64,000 nucleotides of DNA from Anaeramoeba ignava BMAN (taxonomy: Eukaryota; Protista; Anaeramoebae): positions 124,001 through 188,000 of the forward strand of contig JAPDFW010000069.1 in assembly GCA_028826165.1 (NCBI GenBank). The letters are read 5' to 3'. This document shows, piece by piece, positions 54,269-64,000 of this stretch. Every line of letters begins with the position of its first letter. Positions within the stretch are counted from its first letter, which is position 1. Below the pieces are notes generated by a model, which was not told the origin of the DNA, ran no database searches, and worked only from the letters and a program-made list of their open reading frames with translations. A program made the translations under genes and the position numbers.

Positions 54269-54723
54269 ATGGTAAATAAAATTTTAATCCAAAAAAAAAG
54301 AAATTTAAAATTAAAATTAAAATTGTTTTAATTTATTTTAAAAAAATTTAGTTAAGTTTATTCAAAAAAACACCAACAAAAAAATATCCTTTAGCACAAT
54401 TATTTTCAACTAACAAAACTGATCTTATCAAAGCATTTGAGCCATTATTTGATCGAGTTCTTGTTAAAAGAGAAACAGCAGAACAACGGACAAAATCAGG
54501 ATTATATGTACCAGATTCAATGGTAAAGAAAAGTAATCAAGGAGAAGTAATTGCAACAGGAACAGGAAGAATAACTCATGATGGAAAAGTGATTCCAATG
54601 AGTGTAAAGAAAGGTGATAAAGTTTTACTTCCTGAATATGGTGGAATTGAAATTAAAAATTTTGGTGATGATTATCTTTTATATGCTGAAGCTGAATTAC
54701 TTGCTAAATTTAAAGTTAAATAA
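54269..54723 (+). CDS. CPN10: Chaperonin 10 (cpn10/Hsp10) with N-terminal organellar presequence
   Basis: ATG 54269-71, intron 54272-54351, exon 54352-54723: MLSLFKKTPTKKYPLAQLFSTNKTDLIKAFEPLFDRVLVKR....RTKSGLYVP...GEVIATGTG....VKKGDKVLLPEYGG. Confidence 0.92.
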
Positions 54724-55008
54724 TCTTCTTTTCCTTTTAGAACATAAACTTCTTAAAAATTTAAATCTCTTCTTCTTTCTTTCTTCTTTCTTCTTTTTTT
54801 TTCTTTTTCTCAAGTTTTAATTAGTTTAATCATTTAAAAGAAATGAAGTGAAAAAAAAAGAAAAGAAAAGAAAATTTGATAAGAATCAAAATAATCTTCA
54901 TTTTGATTAAAGAAATTTTGGTTTAAATTCTTTCTAAAAAAAAATAAATTTTTTCCATTTTTTTCTTTTTCATTTTTTTTCATTTATTTCCATTTATTTT
55001 TTTTAAAA

Positions 55009-55593
55009 ATGAAACAAATTATTTCTTTTATTATAATTATTTTAATTTTTTCATTATTAACTTTTGCATTACCAAGAAAAGAAAAAGAAGAAAATTTAAT
55101 AAAAACTGAAAATGGAAATAAAAAGGAAACAACAACAATTATAACAACAATAATGGCTAATATGATTTATATAATTTCAACAACAATAATAATAATAATT
55201 TTTCAATGTACAAAAGCAGATGAATCAACATCAAGTTTATTAGGAAATGATCAATTAATTGAAAAAGGAGAATATCAAGAAAAGCCAAAAACAAATGCAA
55301 TCAATTTACGTTATGGGAATATTGATCAAGAAACAGGATTTGTTCCACATTTTCCTCATGAACCAACTGTGAGTCATGCTGTTCATTCTACTTTCCAAAC
55401 TGCTTATGTTCAACCTTCTGCTCCTCCTGATGATAATGATAATGATAATAATAATCTTAATCATATTAATAATAATGATAATGATAATAATCCTCAGTTT
55501 TATTCTCCTCATTTAACTCATCCTCAATCTAGTTATCGTCAAATTCAACCTGCTTTTCCTCCAACATTACAACAAAATTATGAAAATAATTAA
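55009..55593 (+). CDS. Small predicted single-pass membrane protein of unknown function
   Basis: Hydrophobic signal-like N-terminus, a second hydrophobic stretch and a Pro-rich tail with PSAPP; initiator-like motif upstream. Confidence 0.6.
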   Translation: MKQIISFIIIILIFSLLTFALPRKEKEENLIKTENGNKKETTTIITTIMANMIYIISTTIIIIIFQCTKADESTSSLLGNDQLIEKGEYQEKPKTNAINLRYGNIDQETGFVPHFPHEPTVSHAVHSTFQTAYVQPSAPPDDNDNDNNNLNHINNNDNDNNPQFYSPHLTHPQSSYRQIQPAFPPTLQQNYENN

Positions 55594-55950
55594 TTTTTCT
55601 TTTTTTTCTTTTTTTATTAAATTTTTTTTTTTCCGATTTCCATTTTTTTTTGATTAAAATTTGGAATAAAAAAAAATTGAAATTGATTTTAATTTTAATT
55701 TTAATTTTGATTTTAATTTTGATTTTGATTTTGATTTTGATTTTGATTTTAATTTTGATTTTAATTTTGATTTTAATTTTGATTTTAATTTTGATTTTAA
55801 TTTTGATTTTTGATTTTGATTTTGATTTTTAATTTTGATTTTAATTTTATAAATTGATTTTCATTTTAATTTTAATTTTGATTTTGGTTTTGATTTTAAT
55901 TTTGATTTTGATTTTGATTTTGATTTTGATTTAGATTTTGATTTTCATTT

Positions 55951-58900
55951 TCATTTCTTGATTGACATAATATAATAATAAGTTTCAACAGAATGCTTTA
56001 ATAAAATTGAATCAGGAAAATGAGTGTCAAGAGAATTAATCACTTCTTCTTCTTTTTCATTATCTGCTTCAACATAAGACAGAAACTCTTTAAGTGAATA
56101 ATTAACATCAGATGTATCATTTAACTGCATTAATCCCTTTTTGAAAAATGAAAGAAGAATTGGAATATTAAAATGCTTCTCAATTCCATCCAATTCTATT
56201 TTTTTTTGTTGATCAATATCTCCTTTGAATTGGGGAGAAACTTTTTCCCTTGGATCAAAGAAATACCCTTCAATATTATCATATAAATCAATTAAATGCT
56301 TCAATTTGGCAATATTCAAAAATGTTAGAGATCCATTTTTGATGATAATAACATCATTACTTTGTACTAACTGGAGTTTATTTTCAGCAAATTCAATAAC
56401 ACTGAAATCAGGAATATTGTTTAAATGAACAGAATCTAAATCCATATTTGAGCAAGCAAAAATCAATATTTTCACTAAATCTCGACATTTATCAATTGAA
56501 TTGGATGTTTCCATTTCTTTGACTATTGTTTTCCATATTTCTTTTGGAATCTTTTCTTGTCTCCATCTGATATCTTCCAAAACTTTTTTTCTGACTCCAA
56601 TATCATCGTTAAAAACAAATTTATTGATATCTGATTTAACCATTAATGACTTGGAGTGGATGTTCAATTTTTCAGTCAAATACTGTTCTAGCATTGGAAG
56701 TGATTTCTGGTCAATTTCGTGATCATTAATAAAATCAATCACATCGTCAATATTAGCGAAAATAAATTTTGAAGGATCAAAATCAACTTGAAGAGGGAAC
56801 TTCAAAACATGTGTTTCTTGGATAATTTCAATATCATCTTCATTTTCATTTTCATTTTCATTTTCAATTTCAATTTCAATTTGATTTTCATTTTGTTGTT
56901 GTTTTTCTTTTTGTTCTTCTGTGTATTCTTCGAATGATTTCATTAAGAAAATTGATTTTGTTGCGGGATTGCGCATTAATTCGTTATGAACTGAAATCAT
57001 GTGATTTATCAAATTTGGAACACAGAAATATAAATCCTCATCTCCAACTAAACAATATGCAATTGCTAAAGTTCTGTTCATTTTAACTTTCTGGAGATAC
57101 TCAGGTGTGTCATGACAAACCAATATATCCTTCACATCCTTCCAAACCGAGTTCCATAAATTTTCAAACTCTATATACCATTTCTCAATCAATTGTTTTT
57201 TGTTCGGATTTTTTTCGTTTTCAATAAATTCTCCGATTGTGATGTTGTTTGATTCACTTGTGGAAATTTTTCCATTTAATTTATCCATAACAAAAGAAGT
57301 AAACCGAAGCGCTCCAGGAAATAATTCAAGTGCAGCTAATTTGGCTCTGTTTTCATAAACAAAATTTGTCATTGGATAATTTTGGGTGTTAGTAGGTTCT
57401 CCAAGAAACGATCCAAAAAATTGATCATAAGTTTGTCTTCGATATGGGGAAAAAGGCCAAGGTAAATTCTTATTTTCTAGATCAACAATAACTTTTCTTC
57501 CATCAACACTCTGATTTTCGTTTTGGATTTGATTTAAAATTCTTTGTTGTTGTGTTGAAACTAATACGTTGAATTCATTTTCAATTTGGTTTCTTTTGTT
57601 TGGATTTTCAAATTCATTGAGATTGGATTTGAATTTGTTTATATAATTGTCACCTATCATTTTGCTCAACACATGATGGAAGTATTTATATGAATCTTCC
57701 TTTGAAACCTTGAGAATATCCTTTAGCAAATCAAAACTTTTTTTGATATTCTGTTTCAAAAATTCAACAAGTTCTTTGGGAGTTGGTTTCTCAACAGAAG
57801 AAGAAATGCATTCAATAAAATTTATTGTGTAATTATCATTAATAGAAGATAAACAAAGAGCAACTGAGTTTGTTAAAATTCTGATCATCAAATATGAAGC
57901 TGGAGATAAATTTCGAAGAGGTCTTTGGTCAGCCTCCTTTATATAATGAGCATATCCAACAAAATCTTTGAAATCCTCTCTTGTTGCTCTTACTGTTCCT
58001 TGAATTGGTTTGTGATCATGTCCTCCAATTTGAACACCACATTCTCGACATTGTAAAACTTCCATTGGCCAAGTGCAATTATTAATATAAAATGGATGTC
58101 CATTCGGACATTTCCACCAATTGTTTGGTGATTCTTCAAAGGCAACAGCAAAAGGATGTGGTGGCATTCCAGGCCAATAGGTTTTTCCACTTAGAATAGC
58201 TTTTAATGCTTTAGTTTGATCGTTTGTTCGATGGTTCATCATTTCTCGAGAAGTTAATGCTCTCAATGGTTCAAATTCAACCTCATTGACAAATTCTAAT
58301 GAATGAAATATTATTCTAATCACCTCAATATCTCCAATTTTCTTTCGAATTTCTTCTTTGAAATCATAAGTTGTTTGTAAAGCCAATATTGGATTTTTAT
58401 ACTGAGGAACTGGGATTTGTTGGATTTCATCTTGGAATTGTTCAAGCAGACTCTTTTTATTATCTTTCCGAAATTTTTCATTGAAATTAAACGAATTTGG
58501 GTTTAATTGCTCAATATCTTTCAAAAATTTAATTTCATTTGATATGTTATGGAAGTTTTTGCTCACCATTTCACAAAGTTTGACTTGTCCCTCTTTGTAA
58601 TAAATCATCCTGCATATAAACGTAATCCAATCTTGGTTTTCTGGTTTTTTGAAAAAATCTAGGTTTTTTTGAATCAATTCTCGATAATTCTGTATGAAGA
58701 ATAATCTGAAATTCACTAAATCAGAAATTTTCTTGAAAGAAAATGGTTTTTGGAATGTATCATCTAGTTGAAATTGGGCTATATCATAATTATTGTTGTT
58801 ATTGTTGTTATTGTTATTGTTATTTTCTAAATCTTCAATTTGTAAGAAATTTTCATTTTGGAGTTCTTTTTCCTTTTCATCAATTAAAATTTTCAAGCAT

Positions 58901-61900
58901 GAGATAGCAATACTATTATAAGGATTGTTTTGAAAATCAACTTCTTTCAAAAAATCATTAATAATGTTGATAAATAAATTTTCGAGTTCTTTATATTTCC
59001 TGGAGGAGTAAATTAACTGACGAATCAAAGTATTCAGTAATAATCTTGATAATTCAAACCCCTTAATTTCAAACCCTTCAATCTGAACCGCTTTTTCTTT
59101 TCCAATAATAATATCGAAAAATTTTATAAGGTTTTCTTTTGTCCGATTTTTTCCTAAATAAAATTCGATGATAATTTGTTCGATTAACAATCTGCCGAAA
59201 TTCTCAAAGAAAAGCGAACAATAGTTGCTAAGTTTAGTTACTGAAATGTGATGTATTTTAAGTAATTCTTTTGTTGCTTTAATATAATGATCATTGGCAT
59301 TTGTATATTTAGTTTGACAGCAATAACACACATCTCCTTGTTGTTTTATTTCCTCTTCTAAAATTGGACGATTGTTTGTTTTGCAAAAATAGAAATTCTT
59401 CAAAGCTTCATCCTCTGTATAATCCAGTATAGTAGCAAACTGAGTTGGTGTTTGGTGGTCTGCAAGTAATTGATTTTGTAATTGGAACCAAATTGTGTGG
59501 AAAGTTTGAATAACATAGTTTTCTGAATCAATTTTTTTTGCAAAATCAAGTTGTGTTAAAAATGTTGCAATTCCTCCTATATTTTGGAAATCTGCCTCAA
59601 ATGGGATGAAGAAGCAAATATAAAGGTTTCTTAGTATCAGGATTTTGTTCCATCTGTTATTCAATTGGAATATCTTGGCATTTCTTTCTTGATTATCTTT
59701 TTTTGAGTCTGGATCTTTGATCAGGCTTAAGATCAAATTGTGGAAGATTGGGATTGATTGAGAAATTAATGTGCATACGAGTTGTTTTAGTACCATTTTT
59801 TCATTACTTAACAGTGTATTCTCCAAGGATTTAAAGTAAGATTCAAGAAGTGAAAAGGTGGAGAATTTGTTTTCTTTTAATTTTTTGTATCTTTGCATAG
59901 CATCTTTATTCTGTTCAGCAAGAATGTTGAAATAATTTTCAATAGAAAAGATATTGTTTAGAACTGGTTTGATCTTTTCAAAGAATAAGGAATGAATTTG
60001 TGTTAAAGAGAAATTAATAATTTTTTTGTGTTCAAACATTTGAATAAGGCCTATTATATCAAGGTTAAGTTGTTGAAATTTTCGGTGTTCTAATTCTCCT
60101 AATGCAAATCTTAAGAAGTCTTTCAAATATCTATAAAGAATATTATGAGCATTTCCATGTTTTTCAATCTGGATAATTTCATTTTCATTTTCATTTTCAT
60201 TATTATTATTGTTATTATTATCATTTTCATTTTCATTTTCATTTAATTCATTAAATTGCTTGATTTGACTGAATGGCGTATTAATAATTTCATTCAAAAA
60301 CTTTTGTTGTTCTGAAATTATTCCAACATCATTGAGTAAAGAATAAATGAAAAAGGAAAAAGGAAAGTGAGCATCTTTGAACTGGTCTTTAATAAAAATA
60401 TCATAACATGGAACTTTATACTCTTGGAAAATTGCAAACCAGATATCATGTATAACTCCTTTTTCTTTTGTAAGTCTCAAATTCCCGTTTCTGTTTAAGT
60501 TATTGATTAAAAGAGAAAGAATTCTGGTTATTTTGCTAGTAAAAATATCAAAACAATAAGTGGCAATTGAAATACCGCCTCTGTGTTGAGAGAAAATTTT
60601 TTTCAAATTCCAATCATATAATGGAAGCTCGTTTTTGTTTCCTTCAATAATCATGGATTCAAGATTCTTGAAGAGAAGCTCACGAATCTCTTCGTTTTCC
60701 AAAAGATAATAAACTTGATCAAACTCCTTTTGGTAATGAGGATTAAGTGGGTCTTTAAATTGTGATATTGCAACTGGCAAGATTTCACGGATAAAATCCT
60801 CGAATTTCGGTTTGAAGTCAATGAAAATATCTCTGAGTTTTAAGTTTTTCTTTTTAATTTGGGTTAAATCGAAATGGAATTTCTGTTCTAATTCATCCAA
60901 ATAATATAACTCCCAGTTGTCTTCAAAACAATAAGAAAAAGGATTGATGTCTTGGTTCGATGCCAAATGAAGAACAAAAACAACATAACATTTATGGTTT
61001 TTCATTGAGTAGTTTTTGCGTTCATTCTCTTCCTTGTCTTGGAGTTCGACCGCCCTTCCACTAGAGGTGAAATAGTCTGCAATAAAAGTCTCAACCATAT
61101 ATTTAGTTTGGTAAAATAATTCCAAAGAACTTCTTTCAGAAAGACTCAGATGGATGGCAAAAACAAACATTTCGTTGTCGATTTGTTTGTAGAATTTCTT
61201 TTTCATATCCTTTTTCATCTCTGAATCGGTTTCGTAATTGGATATATCAAATGAAGCAACTTTATATTCTTCAGGAAGCTTTAGTTTGGATGTTGTTATT
61301 GATGAGTAAGTTAAAACAACACTATTCTTGATATCTTTTTGAGAAATTTCGCGGATAAACAACTCTGAAAAATTATAATGATACAACTTTTGGTAGGCAA
61401 TCCAAAGATTTTTCAAGAAAATATGATCTGGTGGATCTAATGTTCCGCTTGCAATTAAGTCGAAAATTTCAATCATTTTCTCAGTCTTACAAATTCTGAG
61501 CCAAAACTTCTTTCCTTCAAGACGAAGCAATTTCTTCTTTTCAATATCATTCAAATTGGTGAGCTTGTTTTGCAGTTTAATTCCAAGAGAAGGCAACAAA
61601 TCGAAGTGGTAATTAACAATTAAGTCTTCCTTTGCGATTTTCTGGTTCGTGATGCTCTGTATTTTCTTTAATGTTGTGAACTGTTCATTTACAAACTGAA
61701 CAATATCATTTGATGAGATGAAATCCTGAGGAAGAACCAGCTGCTTTTCGAATCGATTGAGGATAGCTGGAGATTCAATCTCATAAGCTCTTGTTCTATC
61801 AGTTATTACGACAACTCTAAAATTTTGATTTACACAAATATTCTGTGTAATATGACCAAATGATATTCTGGCGAATAAACTCTCTCCTTCTTGTATATAG

Positions 61901-64000
61901 TTTTGATTCAAAAGATCATACAAAGGTTCATAGAGTTGTTCGTTATTGCACAAAACAATGGTCTGTCCTGATGTAACTCCGATTTCCACTTTCTTCAGGT
62001 TTTGGATGATTCGAAGAGGTTTTTTATCTTCTGCAAAAGAGGAACCAAACAAAACAAAATATTTTCGCTTGATTTGAGAGAGAATTAGTGGCAGAATGGA
62101 GAGTTTGTTTGTCAATATCATTAAATGTCTCGAGAATTTTTGTGGACTATTCAGGACATTATCAGGAAGTTTTGCATTTGGGAAGAATCTCTGATCAACA
62201 ATGGAAAGCGTGAGATTTTGCTGTATTAGAGATGAAACGCTTATTGCTCTCGGAGGTTTGATTTTGAGGATATCCATAATTTTGGAGTGGAAAATATTGA
62301 TAAATTGAGGTTTTGATCCGAAGTTCCGATAAATTACGTTCCAGATCATGTCGGAATTGTTATAAGATATTCTATTTTTGGAGAAATTAAAACCGATCAT
62401 TTTGAGATAGTAATAGAAGTCACGAAGACCAAAGTAATTTCTTGCGTGTTGTTCATTTTGTTCGTCTCTTTCTTCAACATTTTCTTGTCCGACTTCGCGG
62501 ATTTGCTCTTCGTAGATTAAATTGTAGACTTTAGCAAGTTTATCAGCAAATCTTCTTGGGAAACTCTTGTTGAATGAACGGAGAATCTGCTGTGCAGTTG
62601 AAGTCAATTCAGTAGAGTTTGGATCAACTCTTCTCAATAAGATTCCTCTGTTTGTTTGACTTGGATCCAATTTCCAATTTGAGACCGAGAGAACAGATAC
62701 TGAGGGTTCATCTTGGTTGTGGATCATGAGCTTGTTTTGTTTCATGAGCTTCTTATCAGCTTTTTCCAATTCGTAATGAAGAACTTTTAATGGGAGATCA
62801 GGACTCAATTCAGCAAGTGCAACTTCATCCAATATAACAACACTGAGAACATCTGTGGGATTAAAATGAGACGCATAGCTTCGTGCTCTTTCAAATGTTT
62901 TTGTGATCCCTGCTGCTGTTGTTACTGGGGAGCATTGGATGTAAAAGGGTTTCAAGGCAGGAAGTTTCCATTTTGCCAGAAATGTGTTTGCTTTTTGAGG
63001 AGGTTTTAATGTTTGCATTAGGATCTCAACTGAAATGGATTTTGATGAACCTGGTTTACCAACTAGAAACAACGGGATCTGAGTATATGAGCAAAAGAAT
63101 AATAGAAATATGTTTTCTCTCAATGATTGATTCAATGCAACGGTCCAATAGTTATAATCAATTTTCAATCCATTAACCAAAAGACTTTGTGATTCCTCAA
63201 TGATTTTGTATATTACTTCTCCGTTAAAACTCTTTTGGTTTTCTTGTTTTTGTGGGTTTGTGAAGGCGAAAAATTCCTTCTCTATTAATTGAAAGTATTG
63301 AATTCTTAAATCCATGTTAAATCTGCATCCGAAACAAACAAACAAAGATAAGAAAAAAGCATTGATGGTCTTTTCTTGCTCGCTTTGACTATTTATGGGG
63401 ATGAGCAGATCTCCAGCCTTTTCTGTAAGCAACCAATAGAAAACTCTGAGAGCTTTTGATGTGTCTCTTAAGGAAACTGCGCTAAGCTCGTCATTAGAGT
63501 TTTTGCGCAAAAATTCATGCGAACCAAATAGAAGTTTAGAAAAGAATTCCCCCATTTTATTTGGATTTGTAATGATGTCTTTTTGGCGGATCGAGTTGAT
63601 TTCAGTAATTGAATTTTGTACCATTTTGGAGATGTAAGATTTTTCCGAATTTGTGGATAATCTTCCGTACTCAAAAATATCATCAAAAAATGAGTCTGGG
63701 ATCTGATGAACACGATAAACCGCTTGTCTCAATCTCTTCATTTCCTGCTGTCTTTCACCGTAGTCAAACAGTAGTCCTTCATCAGTAAGGAAATCGTCAC
63801 CTTTTTTCCCTTTGCGCAAACGATAAGGATTTGCTGCGCCAACTATATTAATTTCTTCAGAAATGAATCTTCCGTTGATCATTCTGTCTGCAAACAAACC
63901 CTTGAAAATCATTATGCATTTTTTGGGTGCTGTGTTGAATTCATCGAAGAAGATTGTTAAATTTTGGTTTGTTTCTTCTGCAATTTTCTCAGCATCTTCA
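55951..64000 (-). CDS. RNF213/mysterin-like giant AAA+ ATPase with RZ-type zinc finger (5' part outside window)
   Basis: Open frame continues to the window edge (IFFDEFNT Walker B; GAANPYRLR; VYRVHQIP). LFLVGKPGSSKS Walker A; VVILDEVALAELSPDLPLKVLH; SNWKLDP; YFGLRDFYY; LFGSSFAED; LYDLLNQNY; AILNRFEKQ. RZ finger WKCPNGHPFYINNCTWPMEVLQCRECGVQIGGHDH. Confidence 0.88.
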   Translation of the reverse strand, partial: EDAEKIAEETNQNLTIFFDEFNTAPKKCIMIFKGLFADRMINGRFISEEINIVGAANPYRLRKGKKGDDFLTDEGLLFDYGERQQEMKRLRQAVYRVHQIPDSFFDDIFEYGRLSTNSEKSYISKMVQNSITEINSIRQKDIITNPNKMGEFFSKLLFGSHEFLRKNSNDELSAVSLRDTSKALRVFYWLLTEKAGDLLIPINSQSEQEKTINAFFLSLFVCFGCRFNMDLRIQYFQLIEKEFFAFTNPQKQENQKSFNGEVIYKIIEESQSLLVNGLKIDYNYWTVALNQSLRENIFLLFFCSYTQIPLFLVGKPGSSKSISVEILMQTLKPPQKANTFLAKWKLPALKPFYIQCSPVTTAAGITKTFERARSYASHFNPTDVLSVVILDEVALAELSPDLPLKVLHYELEKADKKLMKQNKLMIHNQDEPSVSVLSVSNWKLDPSQTNRGILLRRVDPNSTELTSTAQQILRSFNKSFPRRFADKLAKVYNLIYEEQIREVGQENVEERDEQNEQHARNYFGLRDFYYYLKMIGFNFSKNRISYNNSDMIWNVIYRNFGSKPQFINIFHSKIMDILKIKPPRAISVSSLIQQNLTLSIVDQRFFPNAKLPDNVLNSPQKFSRHLMILTNKLSILPLILSQIKRKYFVLFGSSFAEDKKPLRIIQNLKKVEIGVTSGQTIVLCNNEQLYEPLYDLLNQNYIQEGESLFARISFGHITQNICVNQNFRVVVITDRTRAYEIESPAILNRFEKQLVLPQDFISSNDIVQFVNEQFTTLKKIQSITNQKIAKEDLIVNYHFDLLPSLGIKLQNKLTNLNDIEKKKLLRLEGKKFWLRICKTEKMIEIFDLIASGTLDPPDHIFLKNLWIAYQKLYHYNFSELFIREISQKDIKNSVVLTYSSITTSKLKLPEEYKVASFDISNYETDSEMKKDMKKKFYKQIDNEMFVFAIHLSLSERSSLELFYQTKYMVETFIADYFTSSGRAVELQDKEENERKNYSMKNHKCYVVFVLHLASNQDINPFSYCFEDNWELYYLDELEQKFHFDLTQIKKKNLKLRDIFIDFKPKFEDFIREILPVAISQFKDPLNPHYQKEFDQVYYLLENEEIRELLFKNLESMIIEGNKNELPLYDWNLKKIFSQHRGGISIATYCFDIFTSKITRILSLLINNLNRNGNLRLTKEKGVIHDIWFAIFQEYKVPCYDIFIKDQFKDAHFPFSFFIYSLLNDVGIISEQQKFLNEIINTPFSQIKQFNELNENENENDNNNNNNNENENENEIIQIEKHGNAHNILYRYLKDFLRFALGELEHRKFQQLNLDIIGLIQMFEHKKIINFSLTQIHSLFFEKIKPVLNNIFSIENYFNILAEQNKDAMQRYKKLKENKFSTFSLLESYFKSLENTLLSNEKMVLKQLVCTLISQSIPIFHNLILSLIKDPDSKKDNQERNAKIFQLNNRWNKILILRNLYICFFIPFEADFQNIGGIATFLTQLDFAKKIDSENYVIQTFHTIWFQLQNQLLADHQTPTQFATILDYTEDEALKNFYFCKTNNRPILEEEIKQQGDVCYCCQTKYTNANDHYIKATKELLKIHHISVTKLSNYCSLFFENFGRLLIEQIIIEFYLGKNRTKENLIKFFDIIIGKEKAVQIEGFEIKGFELSRLLLNTLIRQLIYSSRKYKELENLFINIINDFLKEVDFQNNPYNSIAISCLKILIDEKEKELQNENFLQIEDLENNNNNNNNNNNNYDIAQFQLDDTFQKPFSFKKISDLVNFRLFFIQNYRELIQKNLDFFKKPENQDWITFICRMIYYKEGQVKLCEMVSKNFHNISNEIKFLKDIEQLNPNSFNFNEKFRKDNKKSLLEQFQDEIQQIPVPQYKNPILALQTTYDFKEEIRKKIGDIEVIRIIFHSLEFVNEVEFEPLRALTSREMMNHRTNDQTKALKAILSGKTYWPGMPPHPFAVAFEESPNNWWKCPNGHPFYINNCTWPMEVLQCRECGVQIGGHDHKPIQGTVRATREDFKDFVGYAHYIKEADQRPLRNLSPASYLMIRILTNSVALCLSSINDNYTINFIECISSSVEKPTPKELVEFLKQNIKKSFDLLKDILKVSKEDSYKYFHHVLSKMIGDNYINKFKSNLNEFENPNKRNQIENEFNVLVSTQQQRILNQIQNENQSVDGRKVIVDLENKNLPWPFSPYRRQTYDQFFGSFLGEPTNTQNYPMTNFVYENRAKLAALELFPGALRFTSFVMDKLNGKISTSESNNITIGEFIENEKNPNKKQLIEKWYIEFENLWNSVWKDVKDILVCHDTPEYLQKVKMNRTLAIAYCLVGDEDLYFCVPNLINHMISVHNELMRNPATKSIFLMKSFEEYTEEQKEKQQQNENQIEIEIENENENENEDDIEIIQETHVLKFPLQVDFDPSKFIFANIDDVIDFINDHEIDQKSLPMLEQYLTEKLNIHSKSLMVKSDINKFVFNDDIGVRKKVLEDIRWRQEKIPKEIWKTIVKEMETSNSIDKCRDLVKILIFACSNMDLDSVHLNNIPDFSVIEFAENKLQLVQSNDVIIIKNGSLTFLNIAKLKHLIDLYDNIEGYFFDPREKVSPQFKGDIDQQKKIELDGIEKHFNIPILLSFFKKGLMQLNDTSDVNYSLKEFLSYVEADNEKEEEVINSLDTHFPDSILLKHSVETYYYIMSIKK

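Overview
Extremely AT-rich eukaryotic genomic DNA with GT-AG spliceosomal introns and the standard genetic code. It holds about 16 densely packed protein-coding genes: IQGAP-like, CAP-Gly-RasGEF, Sec23, WH2 protein, Furry/Tao3, RCC1-BTB, PH-RUN, VIT-vWA, BTB-TLDc, kinesin, SQT1-like WD40, TAP42/alpha4, SNAPC3, cpn10, a small membrane protein and the 3' part of an RNF213-like AAA+/RZ-finger giant. Gene content, an 'MLS' presequence on cpn10 and a TCATT initiator-like motif suggest an anaerobic metamonad-type protist such as Anaeramoeba (inference only). Most long introns and intergenic regions are filled by locally amplified minisatellites. The standout is inside the BTB-TLDc gene (38102-39914): ten near-identical ~177-nt GT...AG intron units in tandem, separated by nine 3-nt slots whose sequence varies (ATT, TTT, CTT, GGA, GGA, AAG, ATC, TTT, ATT). 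If spliced in, these codon-sized microexons add an in-frame stretch right after the TLDc GPxFG motif (GPFFG-YFSWRKDLYC-D). This is a candidate system for diversifying one protein loop by repeat copy number and/or combinatorial splicing. All family calls are motif recognition by eye; no searches were run.
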